Part shown: one piece after another, positions 30,003 to 38,519 of the stretch | Position numbering within the stretch: the first letter of the stretch is position 1 | How the letters are laid out: every line of letters begins with the position of its first letter | Assembly (NCBI GenBank): GCA_043797265.1 | Contig: JAZDPV010000002.1 | Span: forward strand, 1 to 57,010 | From: an archaeon | GTDB taxonomy: Archaea > Nanobdellota > Nanobdellia > Pacearchaeales > GW2011-AR1 | Reading direction: 5' to 3' | DNA: 57,010 bases | Made by a program: the position numbers and the translations under genes | The notes under the pieces: generated by a model | Databases searched by the model: none | What the model was told of the DNA's origin: nothing | The model's input: the letters and a program-made list of their open reading frames with translations, nothing else

Positions 30003-30117
30003 ATCCGCCTCCGCAATTTTATTCACCATCCGAAAAAATCTTAGATTTTTGAGCAAGCTATCGCTTTAGCGCAAGCTTCACAATCTCTCAATCTACCTCC
30101 GCAATTTTATTCATCAT
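30003..30117. repeat. 27-bp imperfect direct repeat (period 88) enclosing hairpins
   Basis: ATCYRCCTCCGCAATTTTATTCAYCAT at 30003 and 30091; AAAAATC-TTA-GATTTTT between them. Confidence 0.8.
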
Positions 30118-30203
30118 AAACAAAATTCCCATCAAATCTATTTAAGTATTATTGTGATACACCCCATAACAAGTTTTATAAACCGAAACCAAGACAAATA
30201 AAT

Positions 30204-30356
30204 ATGGAAACAAAATGTATAAGCTGCGACAGAAAAACATCCAACAGCGTCAAGCTCCCCTGCCCAAAATGTTCAAAAGAAATCTTCAGATGCGACAAAT
30301 GCCGAAACCTTTCAATAGAATACAAATGTAAAAAATGTGGACACGAAGGCCCATGA
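30204..30356 (+). CDS. Zn-ribbon protein, DUF1610/HVO_2753-like (not in ORF track)
   Basis: METKCISC...CPKC...RCDKCR...YKCKKCGHEGP; directly upstream of aEF-1beta, the usual position. Confidence 0.9.
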   Translation: METKCISCDRKTSNSVKLPCPKCSKEIFRCDKCRNLSIEYKCKKCGHEGP

Positions 30357-30369
30357 AAAACCAACTAAA

Positions 30370-30402
30370 CTCTATTCTCTATTCTCTATTCTCTATTCTC
30401 TA
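30370..30402. repeat. Heptamer tandem repeat (CTCTATT)x4.7
   Basis: Seen directly, just upstream of the aEF-1beta ATG. Confidence 0.9.
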
Positions 30403-30404
30403 AA

Positions 30405-30680
30405 ATGGCAACCGCAGCAATCCAATTCAAAATAATGCCAGAAAATTTAGAAACTAATCTCAAAGACCTAAAAAATAAAATAAAATCAAAAATAGAATCC
30501 TTCAAATCCGGCGTCTTCAACGAAGCCAAAGAAGAACCAATCGCATTTGGACTCAAAGCACTAATCGTAACATTCGCTCTCTCCGAAGACGAAGAAGTCG
30601 ACTCTGTCGAAAACGCACTAAAAGAAATCGAGGGCGTCTCGTCCATCGAACTAACCGACTACCGAAGAGCAATCGGATAA
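30405..30680 (+). CDS. ef1b: Translation elongation factor aEF-1 beta
   Basis: KIMPE, EEPIAFGLKAL, IEGVSSIE. Confidence 0.95.
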   Translation: MATAAIQFKIMPENLETNLKDLKNKIKSKIESFKSGVFNEAKEEPIAFGLKALIVTFALSEDEEVDSVENALKEIEGVSSIELTDYRRAIG

Positions 30681-30788
30681 ACTTCCATAAATTTATAACC
30701 ATACTAATTCTATATCAATTATGAAACCAAATAAACCCCCACAAAACGAGCGCAACAAACATCTGTCAGCGAAGCGGTCTATTTAATC

Positions 30789-31415
30789 ATGCCAATCACA
30801 AAAGAAGAAGCAGACAAAATCAAAGAACATCTCCTCAAACAACTCGACAACTTTCCCGAAGATAGACGCGAACAAATCACAAACCAAATCAATTCTATGA
30901 CAAAAGAACAGGTCGAAAACTTCATCCAGCAAAACAAACTAACTCATCTCGGCGGACAATGCATCTTCTGCTCAATCGTCGCAAACAAAACCCCATCTTA
31001 CAAAATTGCCAAAAACGAAGACAACATCGCCATCCTCGAAATAAACCCACTAAGCAAAGGCCACTCCCTCGTCGTCCCAAAAGAACACCTTGAAGAACTC
31101 CCCCAATCAGCAAAAGACCTCGCCCAAGAAGTCGCCCAAAAACTTCAGGAAACTTTCTCCCCAAGCGAAATCCAAATCAAAGAACTAAAAATAATGAACC
31201 ACCCCTTAATTGAAGTCGTCCCAATTTACGGCAACGATACTCCAATGCGTCAAAATTCAGGATACACCGAACGACGCAAAAAACAACAAGCATCCGAAGA
31301 AGAATTAAAAGAACTCCAAAAAGAAATCACAAAACCAAAAAAAATCGAGATCAACAATCAACAATCAACAATCAGCGACGAAGTCATCCCAATCCTCCCG
31401 CCAAGAATACCCTAA
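30789..31415 (+). CDS. HIT-fold protein with N-terminal helical domain; histidine triad degenerate
   Basis: CIFCSIV, LEINPLSKGHSLVVPKEH; HxHxH replaced by NHPLIEVVP. Confidence 0.85.
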   Translation: MPITKEEADKIKEHLLKQLDNFPEDRREQITNQINSMTKEQVENFIQQNKLTHLGGQCIFCSIVANKTPSYKIAKNEDNIAILEINPLSKGHSLVVPKEHLEELPQSAKDLAQEVAQKLQETFSPSEIQIKELKIMNHPLIEVVPIYGNDTPMRQNSGYTERRKKQQASEEELKELQKEITKPKKIEINNQQSTISDEVIPILPPRIP

Positions 31416-32230
31416 CCAAAACCAATCAAACCAATAACCCAGCCCTTCAAAAAAGCATATTCCAAAAACGCAATCAAAAACGCCGGCACGAAAGGCAGCC
31501 CATCTCTAATTTTAATATTCCTCCGCCCCTTCAATAATTTAATATTCTCCAACGACAAACCATCCCAGTCCGCTTCGATAATTTTCTTTCCAACCTTAAT
31601 ATCTTCAATCAGCCAATCGCCCTCCCTCAAATCCCCCCCAGAAACAACTCTAATCATGACAACTTTTTCCAGCCCCTTCGCAAAAACATAAAGCCCAAGC
31701 CCCAACAAAACAAAAATCCCAAAAACGAAAAATATCCAATATAAAAATCCGAAAAATATTACCAGCACACCACATCCCGCTACCCACCATCTGCCATCCA
31801 CCATCTTTTTTATTTCCTCATTTACCTTCTCAAAATTCCTAACATACAAAACAGAAGAATAAGCCAAACCATAAATCGAACCAGCAACCATCAAGAACAA
31901 AACAAAAATCCCAACATTCATCAACGTCTCACTAAAATTCGCACCAACAAAAAAAACCGTCATCGCAAACAACAACTTCGCATCCCCACCCGCAAAAACC
32001 CGGCCATAATAAAAAACATTCATAATCCCGAACATCAAAACCAGGGCAAACCCCGCCTGAAAAATAATCGAGCCATCGCCCTCAAAAATCGCCCGATAAA
32101 AAATAAACGAAAAACTCACAACCAACAAAAACAAATTCAGCCAATTATCAACCTCGCGCCTTTTCAAATCCTGCAAAACAGCGACGACAATCCCGGCAAA
32201 AAACAACCAAAACAAAAATCCAAACTCCAT
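31412..32230 (-). CDS. Prepilin/preflagellin peptidase (A24 family)
   Basis: QDLKRREVDN, AGGDAKL aspartate motifs, PFVPAF; ATG 32230 overlaps the upstream TGA. Confidence 0.92.
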   Translation of the reverse strand: MEFGFLFWLFFAGIVVAVLQDLKRREVDNWLNLFLLVVSFSFIFYRAIFEGDGSIIFQAGFALVLMFGIMNVFYYGRVFAGGDAKLLFAMTVFFVGANFSETLMNVGIFVLFLMVAGSIYGLAYSSVLYVRNFEKVNEEIKKMVDGRWWVAGCGVLVIFFGFLYWIFFVFGIFVLLGLGLYVFAKGLEKVVMIRVVSGGDLREGDWLIEDIKVGKKIIEADWDGLSLENIKLLKGRRNIKIRDGLPFVPAFLIAFLEYAFLKGWVIGLIGFG

Positions 32231-32406
32231 CAATCCTCCAAAACAGAAACTATACTCGCAACCAATGATGAAAGCAGCCCAAATGCACTTATCAAAAGTC
32301 CTTGCATCCCAAGAATATTTAATTTTATCAAAGTTATGGCAAAATAAATAAAAATCGCAAAATTAATTATCTGTGAAAAAATTGTCAATCCACGACTAAC
32401 CCTCAT
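32230..32406 (-). CDS. 58-aa two-TM protein (not in ORF track)
   Basis: MRVSRGLTIFSQIINFAIFIYFAITLIKLNILGMQGLLISAFGLLSSLVASIVSVLED; coupled to the peptidase gene. Confidence 0.6.
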   Translation of the reverse strand: MRVSRGLTIFSQIINFAIFIYFAITLIKLNILGMQGLLISAFGLLSSLVASIVSVLED

Positions 32407-32407
32407 C

Positions 32408-32512
32408 CTAAATCAAAAGAGCTTTGATTATCCCAAAAACAAGCAGTCCCAAAGCAATAAATCCCATCACCCAAGCAACCACCTGCAAAATTTCCAACAC
32501 TCTTTTCTCCAT
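32408..32512 (-). CDS. 34-aa single-TM protein (not in ORF track)
   Basis: MEKRVLEILQVVAWVMGFIALGLLVFGIIKALLI; TATA-like box about 25 nt upstream. Confidence 0.55.
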   Translation of the reverse strand: MEKRVLEILQVVAWVMGFIALGLLVFGIIKALLI

Positions 32513-32536
32513 ACAGTAAAAACAACACTAATTTAT

Positions 32537-32677
32537 TTAAACCTTCCTCTTTCTTTTTCTCTCACCCTCTTCAACTTCCTGCACTCGAAACTTTCCCCCG
32601 CGCTTATACCCCCGCGCTAACCTCTTTCTCCTTAAATCCTTTTTCGTCCGACGCCGCTCACTCCCGCCATACTCCAT
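32537..32677 (-). CDS. 46-aa Arg/Lys-rich protein (not in ORF track)
   Basis: MEYGGSERRRTKKDLRRKRLARGYKRGGKFRVQEVEEGERKRKRKV; TGATG coupling to the upstream gene. Confidence 0.55.
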   Translation of the reverse strand: MEYGGSERRRTKKDLRRKRLARGYKRGGKFRVQEVEEGERKRKRKV

Positions 32678-33228
32678 CACTCGCCCCCCGCCTCGCTCTC
32701 GCTCACCACATACTCCCTCGCAAAATCATATTCAAACCAAACCGGAAAATTAATTCTGCCACTCTCCGGCGCCCTCAAAAAAATCTTCTTCCCCATCGTG
32801 TTCCTCCTGAAAATCAAATCTCCATTTCTACTAATCACCTCCGAATAAAGATTTTTGTCCAAAAACTCCCGCCCCTCTCTTCGCGCATCGTCCTCAAAAT
32901 CCCGCCCGCCAAAAACCAAATCCCTAAAAATAAAATCACTCATCTGCTCGTCGGCAATCACGTCGTCCAAAAATCTGTTTCTAAATTCCAAAATAAATTC
33001 ATCACTCCCAAATTTCCCCTCGACACTTTTAGCCGTAAATTCAACCAGCGCCTTTTCTCTCACCTCAAAAATCTCCAAATCATCCCTCATCTCCAAAACC
33101 GCCCTCGGCGACACAAGCGAACTATCCGCATTACTCTGCTCAACTCCATAAAGCACCCAAACCACCCCGCACATAAACAAAGTCACCAAAACCAAGACCG
33201 CCGCAAAAACCTGCCCCCGATTATTCAC
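32677..33228 (-). CDS. Class III signal-peptide (pilin-like) protein
   Basis: Probable GTG start: VNNRG|QVFAAVLVLVTLF. Confidence 0.8.
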   Translation of the reverse strand: MNNRGQVFAAVLVLVTLFMCGVVWVLYGVEQSNADSSLVSPRAVLEMRDDLEIFEVREKALVEFTAKSVEGKFGSDEFILEFRNRFLDDVIADEQMSDFIFRDLVFGGRDFEDDARREGREFLDKNLYSEVISRNGDLIFRRNTMGKKIFLRAPESGRINFPVWFEYDFAREYVVSESEAGGE

Positions 33229-33503
33229 CTTCCCATCTCCTTCGACAACCAACCTTTCCAATCCCCATTTTTTTCAACCACAATCCTCAACTGCGTCATA
33301 TTATTAAATTGCTTGTCCGCATAATCAAAAACGTCATCCACTCCAATATCAACCTCACCCTGGACGCCAAAACTATCTTCCCTCTGAACAATCTTCTTCA
33401 CAATCCCCGAAGCAACAATCATCACCACTAAAATTATAACAATAACTATCGTCGCCACAAACAACGAAACAAAACTTCCAATAATCCCCTTGCTACTCTT
33501 CAT
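33225..33503 (-). CDS. Class III signal-peptide (pilin-like) protein
   Basis: MKSSKG|IIGSFVSLFVATIVIVIIL. Confidence 0.78.
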   Translation of the reverse strand: MKSSKGIIGSFVSLFVATIVIVIILVVMIVASGIVKKIVQREDSFGVQGEVDIGVDDVFDYADKQFNNMTQLRIVVEKNGDWKGWLSKEMGR

Positions 33504-33987
33504 TCACCAAAACCTCCACTTCGATTTTCCCATAACTCTCAACAAAATCATCTAGGACAATAACATCATAAATCCTGCTTGAATAACCCGGCTCATATTT
33601 CAAAATGTCAACCGAGGCCATCTTCTCGTCAAAAATTCTCCTAACCCACAACGCACCCGAATCTCCCTGTGAAAATTCAGCAACGCCTCTCCCATCGCTA
33701 CTCACACTAACCTTGGCATAAAATCTCTCGACCTCATAGTCGCTAAACCCACAATAAGAAAAAATCTCTGCACCTTCGCCAAATAAATCCAAATCAACAA
33801 CTCCCAACGGCGCAACGCAATCCACAATATTCCTCGTCATCAAAACCGCCTCCGCGTCCCTCACATCAATATAATGCGCATAAAAAACCGACGACACTCC
33901 CAAAACAATAAACGCAACAAGAGTAACCAACGCCAAACGATACATCATCAAAATCCCCTCGCCCAGAACCCCCTTTTTATTCAGCAT
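33493..33987 (-). CDS. Class III signal-peptide (pilin-like) protein
   Basis: MLNKKG|VLGEGILMMYRLALVTLVAF. Confidence 0.8.
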   Translation of the reverse strand: MLNKKGVLGEGILMMYRLALVTLVAFIVLGVSSVFYAHYIDVRDAEAVLMTRNIVDCVAPLGVVDLDLFGEGAEIFSYCGFSDYEVERFYAKVSVSSDGRGVAEFSQGDSGALWVRRIFDEKMASVDILKYEPGYSSRIYDVIVLDDFVESYGKIEVEVLVNEE

Positions 33988-34000
33988 GCCAACCCCCTAA

Positions 34001-34033
34001 AAAATCCGTGTTGGTCCGTGTTGGTCCGTGTGC
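34001..34033. repeat. Orphan copy of the GxxExxY-associated triple repeat
   Basis: AAAATCCGTG-TTGGTCCGTG-TTGGTCCGTG-TGC. Confidence 0.85.
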
Positions 34034-34128
34034 CATTATTTTTAAAATTACAAAGTCGTCCATTAAAAATCGCAAAAAATCCGCCGAACCTAATCCTTCA
34101 ATGCAACCCACATCCTTAACACAAAAAT

Positions 34129-34479
34129 TCATCTCACACTCACCACAAATTTATCATCTTCCTCAGCAACCCGAACATCGTACTTGCTAAAATACGGATA
34201 CCCCTCAAACGCGCTCAACCCCGCAACCTCGACAAAAACTTTCCCATTTTCAATTCTAACATCCGAAACAAACCCGTCCAAATTATTTTTCTCAATCTCG
34301 AAACTCATCCCCGGCACCGCCGCGTCAACCAACAACGCAATCTCTTTTTCCAAAACCTGTTGCTTCACCCCCCGCGCATTTATCTTTCCCGCCGTCACGA
34401 ACAAAAACAACGCCAAAATAATCCCAATCAAAATAAGATGAATAATCACCTGATGCAATAAACTCCCTTTCTTTTTCAT
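34129..34479 (-). CDS. Class III signal-peptide (pilin-like) protein
   Basis: MKKKG|SLLHQVIIHLILIGIIL. Confidence 0.8.
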   Translation of the reverse strand: MKKKGSLLHQVIIHLILIGIILALFLFVTAGKINARGVKQQVLEKEIALLVDAAVPGMSFEIEKNNLDGFVSDVRIENGKVFVEVAGLSAFEGYPYFSKYDVRVAEEDDKFVVSVR

Positions 34480-35345
34480 TATGCCGGTATTGTCAAAAAT
34501 TTACATCCAAGAGATTCTATATCATTAGAATAAGCCATAACAATGGATCTCTCCAGTCCATAGGCTTCTATAAAATATTCCTTAGCAGACTCTTTCATCT
34601 CTTTATTGCGAGACAAGTAACCAGCAATAAAAGTAGACCAACTAGCAACATCAATCCACTGCTTAGATGCCCATCCCGCAATACCTTGCTTTTTCTTATG
34701 TATGGCATAAATAAGTATTTGGTCTTCTTTTTGTGGATACATCTTAACGCCCAAAGGAACAAAAGCAAACCCTGGGTTCTCCTCCAAAAACATCACTACT
34801 GGTAAATATTCATCATAAGTCAAAGACTCTTCGGCAATCTTTGTTTTTTTATAATAATCATAAAAACCCAAATTATATCTCCCTTTACTATCCTCTCCAT
34901 CTCTCGTCATTTCATTAAATTCATTTAAGGCATTGTCTGTATAATGAATTCTCGCAAAAGCCATACATACAATATTTTTTTCCCAAAAACTAGGCCCTAT
35001 AAAATTAAGCTTTCCCTCTCCAAACATATACCATCCCTCTGCAACAGCCTTAGATATTTTATCATAAACTTCATCTCGATTAGCACTATTAACATTCACA
35101 ACTTCAGTCTTACACTTCAATGGGAAAACACCACCCACATCAAGACCTATCTCTTCTAATTTTTCACTTGACAAACTCGCTCTCACCAAAATACTCTGCC
35201 TACAAACCTGCCAATCCAACTCGTCCTGATTAAAATATTCATTAAAAATCCAATACAAACCTATCACCAAAACCATCAACCCCAATATCAAAGATGTAAT
35301 AATATAAAACTTCTCCGACCCCTTTCTACTTATCATCGAAAACAA
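34479..35345 (-). CDS. Class III signal-peptide protein with CxxS motif
   Basis: SRKG|SEKFYIITSLILGLMVL...VCRQS...PLKCKT; start may be the ATG at 35336. Confidence 0.8.
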   Translation of the reverse strand: MFSMISRKGSEKFYIITSLILGLMVLVIGLYWIFNEYFNQDELDWQVCRQSILVRASLSSEKLEEIGLDVGGVFPLKCKTEVVNVNSANRDEVYDKISKAVAEGWYMFGEGKLNFIGPSFWEKNIVCMAFARIHYTDNALNEFNEMTRDGEDSKGRYNLGFYDYYKKTKIAEESLTYDEYLPVVMFLEENPGFAFVPLGVKMYPQKEDQILIYAIHKKKQGIAGWASKQWIDVASWSTFIAGYLSRNKEMKESAKEYFIEAYGLERSIVMAYSNDIESLGCKFLTIPA

Positions 35346-35366
35346 AACAAAACAAACTTAATAAAA

Positions 35367-35552
35367 CTAACTCCCCGCCTTAATAATAATCGCTCTCACC
35401 GCAAACCCCACAGCGACGACAATCGCCAAATACAAAATCCATTTTATGACCTCATCCGAAACAATATGCCCACGCTTTCCTGAAATCTGATACCTGAAAT
35501 CTGAAGCCTCACGAAGATGTCCTCTCTTAAATTTTATTAATCTCATAAACAT
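35367..35552 (-). CDS. Short Flp-like pilin with duplicated KRGH leader
   Basis: KRGH-LREASDFRYQISG-KRG|HIVSDEVIKWILYLAIVVAV. Confidence 0.7.
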   Translation of the reverse strand: MFMRLIKFKRGHLREASDFRYQISGKRGHIVSDEVIKWILYLAIVVAVGFAVRAIIIKAGS

Positions 35553-35994
35553 CTTCCTTTAATTTTATTTCAATCTTGTCAATCGGATTAAGAACCCACG
35601 ACGACGCCCCATCCATCAAAGCCGAACGCCCCAACTCTCCGCAACGCGAACACTCATACTTACCCTTCCGCCCGTAACAAATACAAAACTTATTCACATT
35701 ATTATCAAGACAAAAAAATCTACTTTCAACATTTTTCTTATCCCCAAAATAAACCAAATAAAAATCATTCTTCTCGCTAACTTGCCAAATTGAAAACTCC
35801 CCGACGCTACCAGAATCAGCGACGCCAACCTGCGCCAAAAAACTATCACGATAAGACTCCGCAGTTTTCTCACCGACGTCAAAACTCGGCGAAATCAACT
35901 TATACAACAAAAACGCCAAAACCAAAACCACAGCCGCCGCCAGCACAATTTCCAAAATTTCTCCCGTCGTCAAATCGCCTTTTTTATTCAACAT
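35527..35994 (-). CDS. Class III signal-peptide (pilin-like) protein
   Basis: MLNKKG|DLTTGEILEIVLAAAVVL. Confidence 0.8.
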   Translation of the reverse strand: MLNKKGDLTTGEILEIVLAAAVVLVLAFLLYKLISPSFDVGEKTAESYRDSFLAQVGVADSGSVGEFSIWQVSEKNDFYLVYFGDKKNVESRFFCLDNNVNKFCICYGRKGKYECSRCGELGRSALMDGASSWVLNPIDKIEIKLKEDVYEINKI

Positions 35995-37154
35995 TTGTCC
36001 TTTAAAAACTCATAAATTTTATTTAACCTAATCACATCATCAAGTTCCTTGTCAGACATTTTCTCCACTGCATAAAAAAAAGCATTACTCCCATCCGGAG
36101 CAACAACATCAACACCAACATCATTCAGATAACCCGACATCTTTATCTGAACAATAGCTCTCTTGTTCCCAACCTCATCATTAACAACAACTATCGGAGA
36201 ATTAACCACGCCGACAACATCAACCGAAAACTTGCCCCCCTGCAAATCGTAATCTAATAATTCCTTAAACTCCAAATTCAAACCATCCTCATATTTCTCA
36301 ATCTCTTTCTCTCTTACCTCTTGCATTAAAATCAGCGTCGGATTTTTCTCCCATATCAAATTGGTAAAATCTGTACTATACCAAAAATCATTCCCACTCC
36401 TCCACCCAACCATCAACTTATCAAAATAATTAAACTCTTCCCCATAATCCTCAACCGACTCCCAACCGTCGCCAACGCGGATATCCCACCTCCCCTTCTC
36501 GTCCGAAAAACAATACTCTTCAATATTTTTATCGCCAACCCTGGAACTACATACCTCCCAAGATGCCAAGTCCTCCATCCATCTATACAAATTAGCCCCA
36601 ATTCTAATATAAATCTTAAACTCGGACCTCAACTCTAAAGACATATCCACCCGACTTCTCTTGTGAATATTAAAATATTTTTCATAAGCCCCCTTATACG
36701 ATTTATACAATTGCCCCACAATATTAATTTTATCAACATCTAACCCAACAAAACTCTGATCAAAAGAATGCCATTTCCCATCATCCTTCACCCCACCATC
36801 ATTCATGACGCCACTATCAATATTATATTTAAAACGATTCGAATTCAAATCAGCAAATTTAAAATCATTATCCATCCTAATTTCACAATACCCCTTGCAA
36901 TAAATTATCTTACCATCCCCAACCCCCTCGATAAAAACATCACTCTCATCCAAGCATTCCACCCCATCTCCTCCATTATCACCGTCGCCAAACATCAACA
37001 ACACCTCATTCACCATCCCCTCAACTCTATCCTTCAACGGAATCAACCCACCACTCGAAACTCCATAAACAATCAACACCAACAAAATCACCAACAAGAC
37101 AATCGACATCAACTTCCCAACACTCCACTCAACCGCACCACCCTTCCCTCTCAT
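35988..37154 (-). CDS. Class III signal-peptide protein with large passenger domain
   Basis: MRGKGG|AVEWSVGKLMSIVLLVILL. Confidence 0.8.
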   Translation of the reverse strand: MRGKGGAVEWSVGKLMSIVLLVILLVLIVYGVSSGGLIPLKDRVEGMVNEVLLMFGDGDNGGDGVECLDESDVFIEGVGDGKIIYCKGYCEIRMDNDFKFADLNSNRFKYNIDSGVMNDGGVKDDGKWHSFDQSFVGLDVDKINIVGQLYKSYKGAYEKYFNIHKRSRVDMSLELRSEFKIYIRIGANLYRWMEDLASWEVCSSRVGDKNIEEYCFSDEKGRWDIRVGDGWESVEDYGEEFNYFDKLMVGWRSGNDFWYSTDFTNLIWEKNPTLILMQEVREKEIEKYEDGLNLEFKELLDYDLQGGKFSVDVVGVVNSPIVVVNDEVGNKRAIVQIKMSGYLNDVGVDVVAPDGSNAFFYAVEKMSDKELDDVIRLNKIYEFLKDKC

Positions 37155-37248
37155 CGCAAAAATAATATTCCAATCTTTATTAAACTTCCCAAAACATCTA
37201 CTCTAAAATCTAATCTCTAACATCTAACATCTCGCAATCGCAAAGCGA

Positions 37249-37392
37249 TTAGCGTCCAAACCTCAAAACATTTCTAACAGAATCCAAAATCTGCCCACCC
37301 TTCCCGCTCAACAAAACAATCACCGCCCCGACCATTATCACTAAAACAACAATCACAATAATTATCTTGACAATCTCACTCTCTCCTTCCAT
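37249..37392 (-). CDS. 47-aa pilin-like peptide (not in ORF track)
   Basis: MEGESEIVKIIIVIVVLVIMVGAVIVLLSGKGGQILDSVRNVLRFGR. Confidence 0.65.
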   Translation of the reverse strand: MEGESEIVKIIIVIVVLVIMVGAVIVLLSGKGGQILDSVRNVLRFGR

Positions 37393-37426
37393 AGAAATCA
37401 AATCAAATCAAATTATATAAAACTTC

Positions 37427-37804
37427 CTAACACTTAATCGAAGCACAACTCTCAAACCCCATCCCCTTTATCTGCCCAGCGGAAACCTTTCCATCAACAA
37501 CAAAACTATCGCTCGAAAAATTCACACACGTCCCGCTCACCTTCACAACTTTCCCAGCACTATCAAAAAATCTCAACTCTTTATTCTCAAAACAATAAGA
37601 CGTCCTCTCTCCCAACGAACAATCCGTCTCACAATCTTTTATTTTATCCTCGACATTCGAACCCGAAACCGAACCCGTCACCTTGCTCCATAAATTACTC
37701 CACCCCGTGCTAAACCCATAAATCAAAAATATAAGAACAACAATCCCGAGAACAATCGCAATAATCGTCGACAAAGTCATCTGCTGTCCCCTCTTATTTT
37801 CCAT
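37427..37804 (-). CDS. Class III signal-peptide (pilin-like) protein
   Basis: MENKRG|QQMTLSTIIAIVLGIVVL; Cys pattern C...C...YC...TC...C. Confidence 0.85.
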   Translation of the reverse strand: MENKRGQQMTLSTIIAIVLGIVVLIFLIYGFSTGWSNLWSKVTGSVSGSNVEDKIKDCETDCSLGERTSYCFENKELRFFDSAGKVVKVSGTCVNFSSDSFVVDGKVSAGQIKGMGFESCASIKC

Positions 37805-37948
37805 CTACGCAACTCCCGTCAGCAACAACATCGCAAGAAAAACTGAAATCGCGCCAGTCACCACCAATAATTTATACTTCCCAAACAAAATCGGCAACAA
37901 ATTTATAACAATAATCGCAATACCGATAATCAAACTTGCCTCTACCAT
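37805..37948 (-). CDS. 47-aa two-TM protein (not in ORF track)
   Basis: MVEASLIIGIAIIVINLLPILFGKYKLLVVTGAISVFLAMLLLTGVA; abuts both neighbours. Confidence 0.65.
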   Translation of the reverse strand: MVEASLIIGIAIIVINLLPILFGKYKLLVVTGAISVFLAMLLLTGVA

Positions 37949-38115
37949 ACCCCTTTCTCCACAATTAATTTAAATATTTCAAGCATCAATCCCACAGTTG
38001 CAACAAAACTCCCCAAATTAACCATCCCAAAAGAAATAGCAACCCCGCCACAAATAACAATAAGCCCACAAATAATATTCAACAAATCCAACTGCCCCTT
38101 CTTACCAACTCTCAT
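37942..38115 (-). CDS. 57-aa two-TM protein with class III-like leader (not in ORF track)
   Basis: MRVGKKG|QLDLLNIICGLIVICGGVAISFGMVNLGSFVATVGLMLEIFKLIVEKGVW. Confidence 0.7.
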   Translation of the reverse strand: MRVGKKGQLDLLNIICGLIVICGGVAISFGMVNLGSFVATVGLMLEIFKLIVEKGVW

Positions 38116-38149
38116 CTTATACTCACATCTCCTTTATTTATAAAACTTC

Positions 38150-38491
38150 CTAACAAACAATCCCGTCGCAACTCATCTCGTTTATTTTCCCCGACGACCA
38201 ACCCTCCACTCGCGCAGCGCCGCAAGTCAACTCCAATTTATCCTTCCCGTTAAGAACAACATCCCTCTCCTCGCAACAATAAGAATAAACCGACTCAGTC
38301 GCAACTAAATTATTACAAGCACTCACAACCACATCCACATTACTCTCACTCTCATAACCCCTGAACCACCTCGACAAAAATCCCGTCTGCGAATTCACAA
38401 AAATTATCAAAATCGTCAAAACCGCAATCGACAAAATTATCATAATCACCGTCGTCACCGCCATCTCCAAACCTCTTTTATTCATAATCAA
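38150..38491 (-). CDS. Class III signal-peptide (pilin-like) protein, probable paralog of 37427-37804
   Basis: MNKRG|LEMAVTTVIMIILSIAVL; shared SNV...C...SYC...TC...C pattern. Confidence 0.85.
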   Translation of the reverse strand: MIMNKRGLEMAVTTVIMIILSIAVLTILIIFVNSQTGFLSRWFRGYESESNVDVVVSACNNLVATESVYSYCCEERDVVLNGKDKLELTCGAARVEGWSSGKINEMSCDGIVC

Positions 38492-38519
38492 TTAATAAAA
38501 CTAAACTATTTAAATTTCC

